From assembly GCF_036365525.1 (NCBI RefSeq), contig NC_090399.1, forward strand, positions 46,284,430-46,348,429: DNA of 64,000 bases, written 5' to 3'. Below, one piece after another: positions 41,801 through 56,050 of the stretch. A program made the position numbers and the translations under genes. How positions within the stretch are numbered: position 1 is the stretch's first letter; each line of letters opens with the position of its first letter. Below the pieces are notes generated by a model that was not told the DNA's origin, made no database searches, and worked only from the letters and a program-made list of their open reading frames with translations. Origin of the DNA: Heterodontus francisci. Its lineage: Eukaryota.

Positions 41801-44800
41801 AATAGGGGAAAAAGAGAGACACAGGGCAAAGAGAGAGAAATAAGGGACAGAGAGAGAAATAGGGCAAACAGGGTCATGGGGAAACAGAGAGAAATAGTGG
41901 AAAGAGAGAGACACAGGGGAAAGAGAGAAAATTAAGGGAAAGAGAGAAAATTAGGGGAAAGAGAGGGACACAGGGGAAAGAGAGAGAAATCGGGGAACGA
42001 GAGAGACAGAGGGGAAAGAGAGAGAAATAGGGGTAACAGAGAGAAATAGGGGAAAGAGAGACACAGGGGAAACAGAGAGAAACAGGGGAAACGCAGAGAC
42101 ACAGGGGAAAGAGAGAGACACAGGTGAAACAGAGAGAAATGGGGGAAAGAGAGAGAAATAAGGGAAACAGAGTCACAGTAGAAACTGAGAGAAATAGGGG
42201 AAAGAGAGAGACACAGGGGAAAGAGAGAGACACAGGTGAAACAGAGAGAAATGGGGGAAAGAGAGAGAAATAGGGGAAACAGAGTCACAGGGAAAACTGA
42301 GAGAAATAGCGAAAAGATAGAGACACAGGGGAAAGAGAGAGAAATTGGGGAAAGAGAGAGACACAGGGGAAAAAGAGAAAAATAGGGGAAAGAGAGGGAC
42401 ACAGGGGAAAGAGAGAAATAGGGGAAAGAGAGAGACACAGGGGATACAGAGAGTCACAGGGGAAACAGGGAGACACCGAAGAAACAGAGAGTCACAGGGG
42501 AAACAGAGAGACACAGGTGAAACAGAAAGAAATTGAGGAAACAGAGAAAATAGCGGAAACAGAGAGAAATCGGGGAAACAGAGACATACAGGGGAAAGAG
42601 AGAGAAATAGGGGAAACAGAGAGAAATCGGGGAAACAGAGATATACAGGGGAAAGAGAGAGAAATAGGGGAAACAGAGATATACAGGGGAAAGAGAGAGA
42701 AATAGGGGAAACAGAGAGACACAGGGGAAACGGAGAGAAATAGGGGAAACAGAGAGACACAGAAGAAACGGAGAGAAATAGGGGAAACAGAGAGACACAG
42801 GGGAAAGAGAGAGAAATAGGGGAAATAGAGAGACACAGGGGACAGAGAGAGACACCGGGGAAATGCAGAGACACAGGGGAAGGAGAGAGACACAGGTGAA
42901 ACAGAGAGAAATGGGGGAAACAGAGACACGGGGGAAACAGAGACACAGGGGAAACAGAGAGAAATAGGGGAAAGAGAGAGACACAGGGGACAGAGAGAGA
43001 AATAGGGGAAACAGAGTCACAGGGGAAACAGAGAGAAACAGGGGAAACGCAGAGATACAGGGGAAAGAGAGAGACACAGGTGAAACAGAGAGAAATGGGG
43101 GTAACAGAGACACAGGGGAAAGAGAGAGAAATAAGCGACAGAGAGAGAAATAGGGCAAACAGAGTCACAGGGGAAACAGAGAGAAATAGCAAAAAGAGAG
43201 AGACACAGGGGAAACAGTGAGAAATAGGGGAAAGAGAGTGACACAGCGGAAAGAGAGAAAATTAAGGGAAAGAGAGAAAATTAAGGGAAAGAGAGAAAAT
43301 TAAGGGGAAACACAGATAAACAGGGGAAACAAAGAGACACAGGAGAAATGGGGGAAACAGAGAGACACAGGGGAAACACAGAGAAATAGGGGAAACAGAG
43401 AGAAAAGGGGAAACAGAGAGACACAGGGGTAACAGAGAGTTAAAGGGGAAACAGAGAGACACAGGGGAAAGAGAGAAAGGCAGGGGAAATAGAGAATCAC
43501 AGGGGAAACAGAGTGTCTAAGAGGAAACAGCGAGTCATGGGGTTATCGAGAGAAACAGGGGAACAGAGAGGCACAGGGGAAACAGAGAAGCACAGGGGAA
43601 ACACAGAGACACTTGGGAAACAGATAGTCACAGGGGAAACACAGAGACACTTGGGAAACAGAGAAAAACAGGGGAAACAGAGAGACACAGGGGAAACAGA
43701 GAGACACAGGCGAGACGTGGAGACACAGGGGAAATAGAGAGACACAGGGGAAACAGAGAGACACGGGGGAAACAGGGAGACACAGGTGAAATGCAGGGGA
43801 AACAGAGAGACACAGGGGAAACAGAGAGTCACAAGGGAAACAGACAGTCTCAGGGGAAACAGACAGTCTCAGGGGAAAGAGAGAAACACTGGGGAAGGAG
43901 AGAGACACTGGGGAAGGAGAGAGACACTGGGGAAAGAGAGAGTCACAAGGGAAACAGAGAGACACAGGGGAAATAGAGAGACACAGGAGAAACACAGGGG
44001 AAACAGAGAAACACAGGGCAACAGAGAGACACAGGGGAAACATAGAAAAACAGGGGAAACAGAGAGTCGCAGGGGAAACAGAGAGTCGCAGGGGAAACTG
44101 GCAGATACAGGCGAAACAGAGAGACACAGGCTAAACCGGGAGACACAGGCGAAACCAAGAGGCACAAACGAAACCGAGAGACACAGGGGAAGCAGAGAAA
44201 AACAGGGGAAACAGAGAGACACAGGTGAAGCAGAGAGACACAGGTGAAACAGAGTCACAGGGAAACAGAGAGACAAGGGGAAAGAGAGAAACACAGGGGA
44301 AGGAGAGATACACAGGGGAAAGAGAGAGAAACAAGGGAAACAGAGAGATACAGGTGAAACAGAAAGAAATTGAGGAAACAGAGATATACAGGGGAAACAC
44401 AGATAAACAGGGGAAACTGAGAGACACAGGGGAAAAAGAGAAAATAGGGGAAACAGAGAGAAATCGGGGAAACAGAGACATACAGGGGAAAGAGAGAGAA
44501 ATAGGGGAAACAGAGAGAAATCGGGGAAACAGAGATATACAGGGGAAAGAGAGAGAAATAGGGGAAACAGAGATATACAGGGGAAAGAGAGAGAAATAGG
44601 GGAAACAGAGAGACACAGGGGAAACGGAGAGAAATAGGGGAAACAGAGAGACACAGAGGAAACGGAGAGAAATAGGGGAAACAGAGACACGGGGGAAACA
44701 GAGACACAGGGGAAACAGAGAGAAATAGGGGAAAGAGAGAGACACAGGGGACAGAGAGAGAAATAGGGGAAACAGAGTCACAGGGGAAAGAGAGAGAAAC

Positions 44801-46100
44801 AGGGGAAACGCAGAGATACAGGGGAAAGAGAGAGACACAGGTGAAACAGAGAGAAATGGGGGAAAAAGAGACACAGGGGAAAGAGAGAGAAATAAGCGAC
44901 AGAGAGAGAAATAGGGCAAACAGAGTCACAGGGGAAACAGAGAGAAATAGCAAAAAGAGAGAGACACAGGGGAAACAGTGAGAAATAGGGGAAAGAGAGT
45001 GACACAGCGGAAAGAGAGAAAATTAAGGGAAAGAGAGAAAATTAAGGGAAAGAGAGAAAATTAAGGGGAAACACAGATAAACAGGGGAAACAAAGAGACA
45101 CAGGAGAAATGGGGGAAACAGAGAGACACAGGGGAAACACAGAGAAATAGGGGAAACAGAGAGAAAAGGGGAAACAGAGAGACACAGGGGTAACAGAGAG
45201 TTAAAGGGGAAACAGAGAGACACAGGGGAAAGAGAGAAAGGCAGGGGAAATAGAGAATCACAGGGGAAACAGAGTGTCTAAGAGGAAACAGCGAGTCATG
45301 GGGTTATCGAGAGAAACAGGGGAACAGAGAGGCACAGGGGAAACAGAGAAGCACAGGGGAAACACAGAGACACTTGGGAAACAGATAGTCACAGGGGAAA
45401 CACAGAGACACTTGGGAAACAGAGAAAAACAGGGGAAACAGAGAGACACAGGGGAAACAGAGAGACACAGGCGAGACGTGGAGACACAGGGGAAATAGAG
45501 AGACACAGGGGAAACAGAGAGACACGGGGGAAACAGGGAGACACAGGTGAAATGCAGGGGAAACAGAGAGACACAGGGGAAACAGAGAGTCACAAGGGAA
45601 ACAGACAGTCTCAGGGGAAACAGACAGTCTCAGGGGAAAGAGAGAAACACTGGGGAAGGAGAGAGACACTGGGGAAGGAGAGAGACACTGGGGAAAGAGA
45701 GAGTCACAAGGGAAACAGAGAGACACAGGGGAAATAGAGAGACACAGGAGAAACACAGGGGAAACAGAGAAACACAGGGCAACAGAGAGACACAGGGGAA
45801 ACATAGAAAAACAGGGGAAACAGAGAGTCGCAGGGGAAACAGAGAGTCGCAGGGGAAACTGGCAGATACAGGCGAAACAGAGAGACACAGGCTAAACCGG
45901 GAGACACAGGCGAAACCAAGAGTCACAAACGAAACCGAGAGACACAGGGGAAGCAGAGAAAAACAGGGGAAAAGGAGAGACACAGGTGAAGCAGAGAGAC
46001 ACAGGTGAAACAGAGTCACAGGGAAACAGAGAGACAAGGGGAAAGAGAGAAACACAGGGGAAGGAGAGAAACACAGGGGAAAGAGAGAGAAACAAGGGAA
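35850..46100. repeat. Higher-order repeat domain with 1828, 2211 and 1761 bp periods
   Basis: Identical pseudo-ORF pairs: 37440/39268 and 37835/39663 (1828); 39962/42173 and 41051/43262 (2211); 43262/45023 and 43513/45274 (1761). Boundaries are approximate. Confidence 0.85.
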
Positions 46101-46199
46101 GCAGAATGATACAGGGGAAGGAGAGAGTCACAGGGGAAGGAGAGAAACACAGGGGAAAGAGAGAAACACAGGGGAAAGAGAGAGACACAGGGGAAAGAG

Positions 46200-49100
46200 A
46201 GAGACACAGGGGAAACAGAGAGACACAGGGGAAACAGAGAAACAAGCAGAAACGGAGAGACACAGGGGAAATAGAGATTCACAGAGGATACAGAGAGACA
46301 CAGGGGAAACAGAGAGACACAGGGGAAACAGAGAGAAATAGGGGAAAGAGAGATAAATAGGGGAAACACAGAGACACAGGGGAAAGAGACAGAAATAGGG
46401 GAAACAGAGTGACACAGGGGAGAGAGAGAGAAAGAGGGGGATCAGACAGACACCGGGGAAACAGACAGAGACCGGGGAAACAGAAGGACACAGGGGAAAG
46501 AGAGAGAAATAGGGGAAAAAGACAGACACCGGCGAAACAGAGAGACACAGGGGAAACAGCGAGAAATAGGGGAGAGAGAAATCGGGGAAACAGAGTCACG
46601 GGGAAGCACAGAGAAATAGGGGAAATAGAGAGACACAGGGGAAACAGAGAGAAATAGGGGAAACAGAGTCACAGTAGAAACTGAGAGAAATAGGGGAAAG
46701 AGAGAGACACAGGTGAAAGAGAGAGAAATAAGGGACAGAGAGAGAAATAGGGGAAACAGAGTCACAGGGGAAACAGAGAGAAATAGCGGAAAGATAGAGA
46801 CACAGGGGAAAGAGAGAGAAATAGCAGAAAGATAGAGCCACAGGGGAAACAGAGAGAAATAGGGGAAAGCGAGAGACACAGGGGAAAGAGAGAAAAATAG
46901 GGGAAAGCGAGGGACACAGGGGAAAGAGAGAAAATTAAGGGAAAGAGAGAGACACAGGGGAAAGAGAGAGAAATAGGGGATACAGAGAGACACAGGGGAA
47001 AGAGAGAGAAATAGGGGAAACAAAGTGTCACAGGGGAAACAGAGAAATAGGGGAAACTGAGAGACACAGGGGAAACAGAGCGAAATAGGGGAAACAGAGA
47101 GAAATAGGGGATACAGAGAGAAATAGGGGATACAGAGATTCACAGGGGAAACAGGGAGAAATAGGGGAAAGCGAGGGACACAGGGGAAAGAGAGAAAATT
47201 AAGGGAAAGAGAGAGACACAGGGGAAAGAGAGAGACACAGAGGAAACAGAGAGAAATAGGAGAAACAGAGAGACACAGGGGAAACAGAGCGAAATAGGGG
47301 AAACAGAGAGAAATAGGGGAAACTGAGAGACACAGGGGAAACGGAGAGAAACAGGAGAAACAGAGAGACACAGGGGAAACAGAGCGAAATAGGGGAAACA
47401 GAGAGAAATAGGAGAAACAAAGTGTCACAGGGGAAACAGAGAAATAGGGGAAACTGAGAGACACAGGGGAAACAGAGCAAAATAGGGGAAACAGAGAGAA
47501 ATAGGGGAAACAGAGAGAAATAGTGGATACAGAGTGTCACAGGGGAAACAGGGAGAAATAGGGGAAAGAGAGAGACACAGCGGAAAGAGAGAGAAATAAG
47601 GGAAACAGAGAGACACAGGGGAAAGAGAGAGACACAGGGGAAACAAAGTGTCACAGGGGAAACAGAGAAATAGGGGAAACTGAGAGACACAGGGGAAACA
47701 GAGCAAAATAGGGGAAACAGAGAGAAATAGGAGAAACAGAGAGACACAGGGGAAACGGAGAGATATAGGGGAAACAGAGAGAAATAAGGGAAACAGAGAG
47801 ACACAGGGGAAAGAGAGAGAAATAGGGGAAACAAAGTGTCACAGGGGAAACAGAGAAATAGGGGAAACTGAGAGACACAGGGGAAACAGAGCGAAATAGG
47901 GGAAACAGAGAGAAATAGGGGATACAGAGAGAAATAGGGGATACAGAGAGTCACAGGGGAAACAGGGAGAAATAGGGGAAAGCGAGGGACACAGGGGAAA
48001 GAGAGAAAATTAAGGGAAAGAGAGAGACACAGGGGAAAGAGAGAGACACAGAGGAAACAGAGAGAAATAGGAGAAACAGAGAGACACAGGGGAAACAGAG
48101 CGAAATAGGGGAAACAGAGAGAAATAGGGGAAACTGAGAGACACAGGGGAAACGGAGAGAAACAGGAGAAACAGAGAGACACAGGGGAAACAGAGCGAAA
48201 TAGGGGAAACAGAGAGACACAGGGGAAAGAGAGAGAAATAGGGGAAACAAAGTGTCACAGGGGAAACAGAGAAATAGGGGAAACTGAGAGACACAGGGGA
48301 AACAGAGCGAAATAGGGGAAACAGAGAGAAATAGGAGAAACAGAGAGACACAGGGGAAACGGAGAGAAAGAGGGGAAACAGAGAGAAATAAGGGAAACAG
48401 AGAGACACAGGGGAAAGCGATAGAAATAGGGGAAACAGAGAGACACAGGGGACACAGAGAGACACCGGGAAAACGCAGAGACACAGGGGAAACAGAGATA
48501 AATAGGGGAAAGAGGGAGACACAGGGGAAAGAGAGAAAATTAAGGGAAAGAGAGGGACACGGGGAAAGAGAGAGAAATAAGGGACAGAGAAAGAAATAGG
48601 GCAAACAGAGTCACAGAGGAAACAGAGAGAAATAACGGAAAGAGAGAGACACAGGGGAAAGAGAGAAAATTAAGGGAAAGAGAGGGACACAGGGGAAAGA
48701 GAGAGAAATAGGGGTAACAGAGCGAAATAGGGGACAGAGAGAGACACGGGGGAAACAGAGAGACACAGGGGAAACAGAGAAACAAGCAGAAACGGAGAGA
48801 CACAGGGGAAATAGAGATTCACAGAAGATACAGAGAGACACAGGGGAAACAGAGAGACACAGGGGAAGGCGAGAGAAATGGGGGAAACAGTGTCACAGGG
48901 GAAACAGAGAGAAATAGGGGAAAGAGAGAGACACAGGGGAAACAGAGAGACACAGGGGACACAGTGAGACACCAGGAAAACGCAGAGACACAGGGGAAAG
49001 AGAGAGACACAGGTGAAACAGAGAGAAATGGGGGAAACAGTGTCACAGGGGAAACAGAGAGAAATAGGGGAAAGAGAGAGACACAGGGGAAACAGAGAGA

Positions 49101-52100
49101 AATAGGGGAAAGAGAGAGACACAGGGGAAAGAGAGAAAAGTAAGGGAAAGAGAGGGACACAGGGGAAAGAGAGAGAAATAGGGGAAAGAGAGAGACACAG
49201 GGGAAAGAGAGAGAAATAGGGGTAACAGAGCGAAATAGGGGATAGAGAGAGACACGGGGGAAACAGAGTGACACAGGGGAAAGAGAGAGAAATAGGGGAA
49301 AGAGAGAGACACAGGGGAAAGAGAGAGAAATAGGGGTAACAGAGCGAAATAGGGGATAGAGAGAGACACGGGGGAAACAGAGAGACACAGGGGAAACAGA
49401 GAGAAATAGGGGATAGAGAGAGACATGGGGGAAACAGAGAGACACAGGGCAAAGAGAGCGAAATAGGGGATAGAGAGAGACACGGGGGAAACAGAGAGAC
49501 ACAGGGGAAACAGAGAAACAAGCAGAAACGGAGAGACACAGGGGAAATAGAGATTCACAGAGGATACAGAGAGACACAGGGGAAACAGAGAGACACAGGG
49601 GAAACAGAGAGAAATAGGGGAAAGAGAGATAAATAGGGGAAACACAGAGACACAGGGGAAAGAGCCAGAAATAGGGGAAACAGAGTGACACCGGGGAGAG
49701 AGAGAGAAAGAGGGGGATCAGACAGACACCGGGGAAACAGACAGACACCGGGGAAACAGAAAGACACAGGGGAAACGGAGAGAAATAGGGGAAACAGAGA
49801 GACACAGGGGAAACAGAGTCACAGTGGAAACAGAGAGAAACAGGGGAAACAGAGAGACACAGGGGAAAGAGAGAGAAATAGGGGAAACAGACAGACACCG
49901 GCGAAACAGAGAGACACAGGGGAAACAGCGAGAAACAGGGGAAAGAGAGAGAAATCGGGGAAACAGAGTCACGGGGAAGCAGCGAGAAATAGGGGAAATA
50001 GAGAGACACGGGAAACAGAGAGAAATAGGGGAAACAGAGTCACAGTAGAAACTGAGAGAAATAGGGGAAAGAGAGTCACAGGGGAAACAGAGAAAAATAG
50101 CGGAAAGATAGAGACACAGGGGAAACAGAGAGAAATAGGGGAAAGAGAGAGACACAGGTGAAAGAGAAAGAAATAAGGGACAGAGAGAGAAATAGGGGAA
50201 ACGGAGTCACAGGGGAAACAGAGAGAAATAGCGGAAAGATAGAGACACAGGGGAAAGAGAGAAAAATAGGGGAAAGTGAGGGACACAGGGGAAAGAGAGA
50301 GACACAGAGGAAACAGAGAGAAATAGGGGATAGAGAGAGACACGGGGGAAACAGAGAGACACAGGGGAAACAGAGAAACAAGCAGAAACGGAGAGACACA
50401 GGGGAAATAGAGATTCACAGAGGATACAGAGAGACACAGGGGAAACAGAGAGACACAGGGGAAACAGAGAGAAATAGGGGAAAGAGAGATAAATAGGGGA
50501 AACACAGAGACACAGGGGAAAGAGCCAGAAATAGGGGAAACAGAGTGACACCGGGGAGAGAGAGAGAAAGAGGGGGATCAGACAGACACCGGGGAAACAG
50601 ACAGACACCGGGGAAACAGAAAGACACAGGGGAAACAGAGAGAAATAGGGGAAACAGAGAGACACAGGGGAAACAGAGTCACAGTGGAAACAGAGAGAAA
50701 CAGGGGAAACAGAGAGACACAGGGGAAAGAGAGAGAAATAGGGGAAACAGACAGACACCGGCGAAACAGAGAGACACAGGGGAAACAGCGAGAAACAGGG
50801 GAAAGAGAGAGAAATCGGGGAAACAGAGTCACGGGGAAGCAGCGAGAAATAGGGGAAATAGAGAGACACGGGAAACAGAGAGAAATAGGGGAAACAGAGT
50901 CACAGTAGAAACTGAGAGAAATAGGGGAAAGAGAGTCACAGGGGAAACAGAGAAAAATAGCGGAAAGATAGAGACACAGGGGAAACAGAGAGAAATAGGG
51001 GAAAGAGAGAGACACAGGTGAAAGAGAAAGAAATAAGGGACAGAGAGAGAAATAGGGGAAACGGAGTCACAGGGGAAACAGAGAGAAATAGCGGAAAGAT
51101 AGAGACACAGGGGAAAGAGAGAAAAATAGGGGAAAGTGAGGGACACAGGGGAAAGAGAGAGACACAGAGGAAACAGAGAGAAATAGGGGATACAGAGAGT
51201 CACAGGGGAAACAGGGAGAAATAGGGGAAAGAGAGAGAAATAGGGGAAACAGAGAGACACAGGGGAAACAGAGAGACACAGGGGAAACAGAGAGAAATAG
51301 GGGAAACTGAGAGACACAGGGGAAACAGAGCGAAATAGGGGAAACAGAGAGAAATAGGAGAAACAGAGAGACACAGGGGAAACAGAGAAAAATTGGGGAA
51401 ACAGAGAGAAATCGGGGAAACACAGATAAACAGGGGAAACAGAGAGACACAGGGGAAACGGAGAGATATAGGGGAAACAGAGAGAAATAGGGGAAACAGA
51501 GAGACACAGGGAAAACGCAGAGACACAGGGGAAAGAGAGAGACACAGGGGAAAGAGAGAGACACAGGGGACACAGAGAGACACGGGGGAAACAGAGAGAC
51601 ACAGAGGAAAGAGAGGAAGGCAGGGGAAATAGAGAAATACAGGTGAAACAGAGTGTCTAAGAGGAAACAGCGAGTCATGGGGTTATAGAGAGAAACAGGG
51701 GAACAAAGTGTCACAGGGGAAACAGAGCAAAATAGGGGAAACAGAGAGAAATAGGGGAAACAGAGAGAAATAGGGGATACAGAGTGTCACAGGGGAAACA
51801 GGGAGAAATAGGGGAAAGAGAGAGACACAGCGGAAAGAGAGAGAAATAGGGGAAACAGAGAGACACAGGGGAAAGAGAGAGAAATAGGGGAAACAAAGTG
51901 TCACAGGGGAAACAGAGAAATAGGGGAAACTGAGAGACACAGGGGAAACAGAGCGAAATAGGGGAAACAGAGAGAAATAGGAGAAACAGAGAGACACAGG
52001 GGAAACGGAGAGATATAGGGGAAACAGAGAGAAATAAGGGAAACAGAGAGACACAGGGGAAAGAGAGAGAAATAGGGGAAACAAAGTGTCACAGGGGAAA

Positions 52101-55100
52101 CAGAGAAATAGGGGAAACTGAGAGACACAGGGGAAACAGAGCGAAATAGGGGAAACAGAGAGAAATAGGGGATACAGAGAGAAATAGGGGATACAGAGAG
52201 TCACAGGGGAAACAGGGAGAAATAGGGGAAAGCGAGGGACACAGGGGAAAGAGAGAAAATTAAGGGAAAGAGAGAGACACAGGGGAAAGAGAGAGACACA
52301 GAGGAAACAGAGAGAAATAGGAGAAACAGAGAGACACAGGGGAAACAGAGCGAAATAGGGGAAACAGAGAGAAATAGGGGAAACTGAGAGACACAGGGGA
52401 AACGGAGAGAAACAGGAGAAACAGAGAGACACAGGGGAAACAGAGCGAAATAGGGGAAACAGAGAGAAATAAGAGAAACAAAGTGTCACAGGGGAAACAG
52501 AGAAATAGGGGAAACTGAGAGACACAGGGGAAACAGAGCAAAATAGGGGAAACAGAGAGAAATAGGGGATACAGAGTGTCACAGGGGAAACAGGGAGAAA
52601 TAGGGGAAAGAGAGAGACACAGCGGAAAGAGAGAGAAATAGGGGAAACAGAGAGACACAGGGGAAAGAGAGAGAAATAGGGGAAAGAGAGAGACACAGCG
52701 GAAAGAGAGAGACACAGGGGAAACAGAGCGAAATAGGGGAAACAGAGAGAAATAGGGGAAAGCGATAGAAATAGGGGAAACAGAGAGACACAGGGGACAC
52801 AGAGAGACACCGGGAAAACGCAGAGACACAGGGGAAAGAGAGAGACACAGGTGAAACAGAGAGAAATAGGGGAAAGAGGGAGACACAGGGGAAAGAGAGA
52901 AAATTAAGGGAAAGAGAGGGACACGGGGAAAGAGAGAGAAATAAGGGACAGAGAAAGAAATAGGGCAAACAGAGTCACAGAGGAAACAGAGAGAAATAAC
53001 GGAAAGAGAGAGACACAGGGGAAAGAGAGAAAATTAAGGGAAAGAGAGGGACACAGGGGAAAGAGAGAGAAATAGGGGTAACAGAGCGAAATAGGGGACA
53101 GAGAGAGACACGGGGGAAACAGAGAGACACAGGGGAAACAGAGAAACAAGCAGAAACGGAGAGACACAGGGGAAATAGAGATTCACAGAAGATACAGAGA
53201 GACACAGGGGAAACAGAGAGACACAGGGGAAGGCGAGAGAAATGGGGGAAACAGTGTCACAGGGGAAACAGAGAGAAATAGGGGAAAGAGAGAGACACAG
53301 GGGAAACAGAGAGACACAGGGGACACAGTGAGACACCAGGAAAACGCAGAGACACAGGGGAAAGAGAGAGACACAGGTGAAACAGAGAGAAATGGGGGAA
53401 ACAGTGTCACAGGGGAAACAGAGAGAAATAGGGGAAAGAGAGAGACACAGGGGAAACAGAGAGAAATAGGGGAAAGAGAGAGACACAGGGGAAAGAGAGA
53501 AAAGTAAGGGAAAGAGAGGGACACAGGGGAAAGAGAGAGAAATAGGGGAAAGAGAGAGACACAGGGGAAAGAGAGAGAAATAGGGGTAACAGAGCGAAAT
53601 AGGGGATAGAGAGAGACACGGGGGAAACAGAGTGACACAGGGGAAAGAGAGAGAAATAGGGGAAAGAGAGAGACACAGGGGAAAGAGAGAGAAATAGGGG
53701 TAACAGAGCGAAATAGGGGATAGAGAGAGACACGGGGGAAACAGAGAGACACAGGGGAAACAGAGAGAAATAGGGGATAGAGAGAGACACGGGGGAAACA
53801 GAGAGACACAGGGGAAACAGAGAAACAAGCAGAAACGGAGAGACACAGGGGAAATAGAGATTCACAGAGGATACAGAGAGACACAGGGGAAACAGAGAGA
53901 CACAGGGGAAACAGAGAGAAATAGGGGAAAGAGAGATAAATAGGGGAAACACAGAGACACAGGGGAAAGAGCCAGAAATAGGGGAAACAGAGTGACACCG
54001 GGGAGAGAGAGAGAAAGAGGGGGATCAGACAGACACCGGGGAAACAGACAGACACCGGGGAAACAGAAAGACACAGGGGAAACAGAGAGAAATAGGGGAA
54101 ACAGAGAGACACAGGGGAAACAGAGTCACAGTGGAAACAGAGAGAAACAGGGGAAACAGAGAGACACAGGGGAAAGAGAGAGAAATAGGGGAAACAGACA
54201 GACACCGGCGAAACAGAGAGACACAGGGGAAACAACGAGAAACAGGGGAAAGAGAGAGAAATCGGGGAAACAGAGTCACGGGGAAGCAGCGAGAAATAGG
54301 GGAAATAGAGAGACACGGGAAACAGAGAGAAATAGGGGAAACAGAGTCACAGTAGAAACTGAGAGAAATAGGGGAAAGAGAGTCACAGGGGAAACAGAGA
54401 AAAATAGCGGAAAGATAGAGACACAGGGGAAACAGAGAGAAATAGGGGAAAGAGAGAGACACAGGTGAAAGAGAAAGAAATAAGGGACAGAGAGAGAAAT
54501 AGGGGAAACGGAGTCACAGGGGAAACAGAGAGAAATAGCGGAAAGATAGAGACACAGGGGAAAGAGAGAAAAATAGGGGAAAGTGAGGGACACAGGGGAA
54601 AGAGAGAGACACAGAGGAAACAGAGAGAAATAGGGGATAGAGAGAGACACGGGGGAAACAGAGAGACACAGGGGAAACAGAGAAACAAGCAGAAACGGAG
54701 AGACACAGGGGAAATAGAGATTCACAGAGGATACAGAGAGACACAGGGGAAACAGAGAGACACAGGGGAAACAGAGAGAAATAGGGGAAAGAGAGATAAA
54801 TAGGGGAAACACAGAGACACAGGGGAAAGAGCCAGAAATAGGGGAAACAGAGTGACACCGGGGAGAGAGAGAGAAAGAGGGGGATCAGACAGACACCGGG
54901 GAAACAGACAGACACCGGGGAAACAGAAAGACACAGGGGAAACGGAGAGAAATAGGGGAAACAGAGAGACACAGGGGAAACAGAGTCACAGTGGAAACAG
55001 AGAGAAACAGGGGAAACAGAGAGACACAGGGGAAAGAGAGAGAAATAGGGGAAACAGACAGACACCGGCGAAACAGAGAGACACAGGGGAAACAGCGAGA

Positions 55101-56050
55101 AACAGGGGAAAGAGAGAGAAATCGGGGAAACAGAGTCACGGGGAAGCAGCGAGAAATAGGGGAAATAGAGAGACACGGGAAACAGAGAGAAATAGGGGAA
55201 ACAGAGTCACAGTAGAAACTGAGAGAAATAGGGGAAAGAGAGTCACAGGGGAAACAGAGAAAAATAGCGGAAAGATAGAGACACAGGGGAAACAGAGAGA
55301 AATAGGGGAAAGAGAGAGACACAGGTGAAAGAGAAAGAAATAAGGGACAGAGAGAGAAATAGGGGAAACGGAGTCACAGGGGAAACAGAGAGAAATAGCG
55401 GAAAGATAGAGACACGGGGAAAGAGAGAAAAATAGGGGAAAGTGAGGGACACAGGGGAAAGAGAGAGACACAGAGGAAACAGAGAGAAATAGGGGATACA
55501 GAGAGTCACAGGGGAAACAGGGAGAAATAGGGGAAAGAGAGAGACACAGCGGAAAGAGAGAGAAATAGGGGAAACAGAGAGACACAGGGGAAACAGAGAG
55601 ACACAGGGGAAACAGAGAGAAATAGGGGAAACTGAGAGACACAGGGGAAACAGAGCGAAATAGGGGAAACAGAGATAAATAGGAGAAACAGAGAGACACA
55701 GGGGAAACAGAGAAAAATTGGGGAAACAGAGAGAAATCGGGGAAACACAGATAAACAGGGGAAACAGAGAGACACAGGGGAAATGGAGAGAAATAGGGGA
55801 AACAGAGAGACACAGGGGAAACGGAGAGATATAGGGGAAACAGAGAGAAATAGGGGAAACAGAGAGACACAGGGAAAACGCAGAGACACAGGGGAAAGAG
55901 AGAGACACAGGGGAAAGAGAGAGACACAGGGGACACAGAGAGACACGGGGGAAACAGAGAGACACAGAGGAAAGAGAGGAAGGCAGGGTAAATAGAGAAA
56001 TACAGGTGAAACAGAGTGTCTAAGAGGAAACAGCGAGTCATGGGGTTATA
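46200..56050. repeat. Higher-order repeat domain: 860-bp duplication nested in a ~4.3-kb duplication
   Basis: Pseudo-ORF 'MTPGRERERGGSDRH' occurs at 49685, 50545, 53992 and 54852 (offsets 860 and 4307). Other offsets: 48540/52904 (4364) and 47651/51901 (4250). Confidence 0.85.
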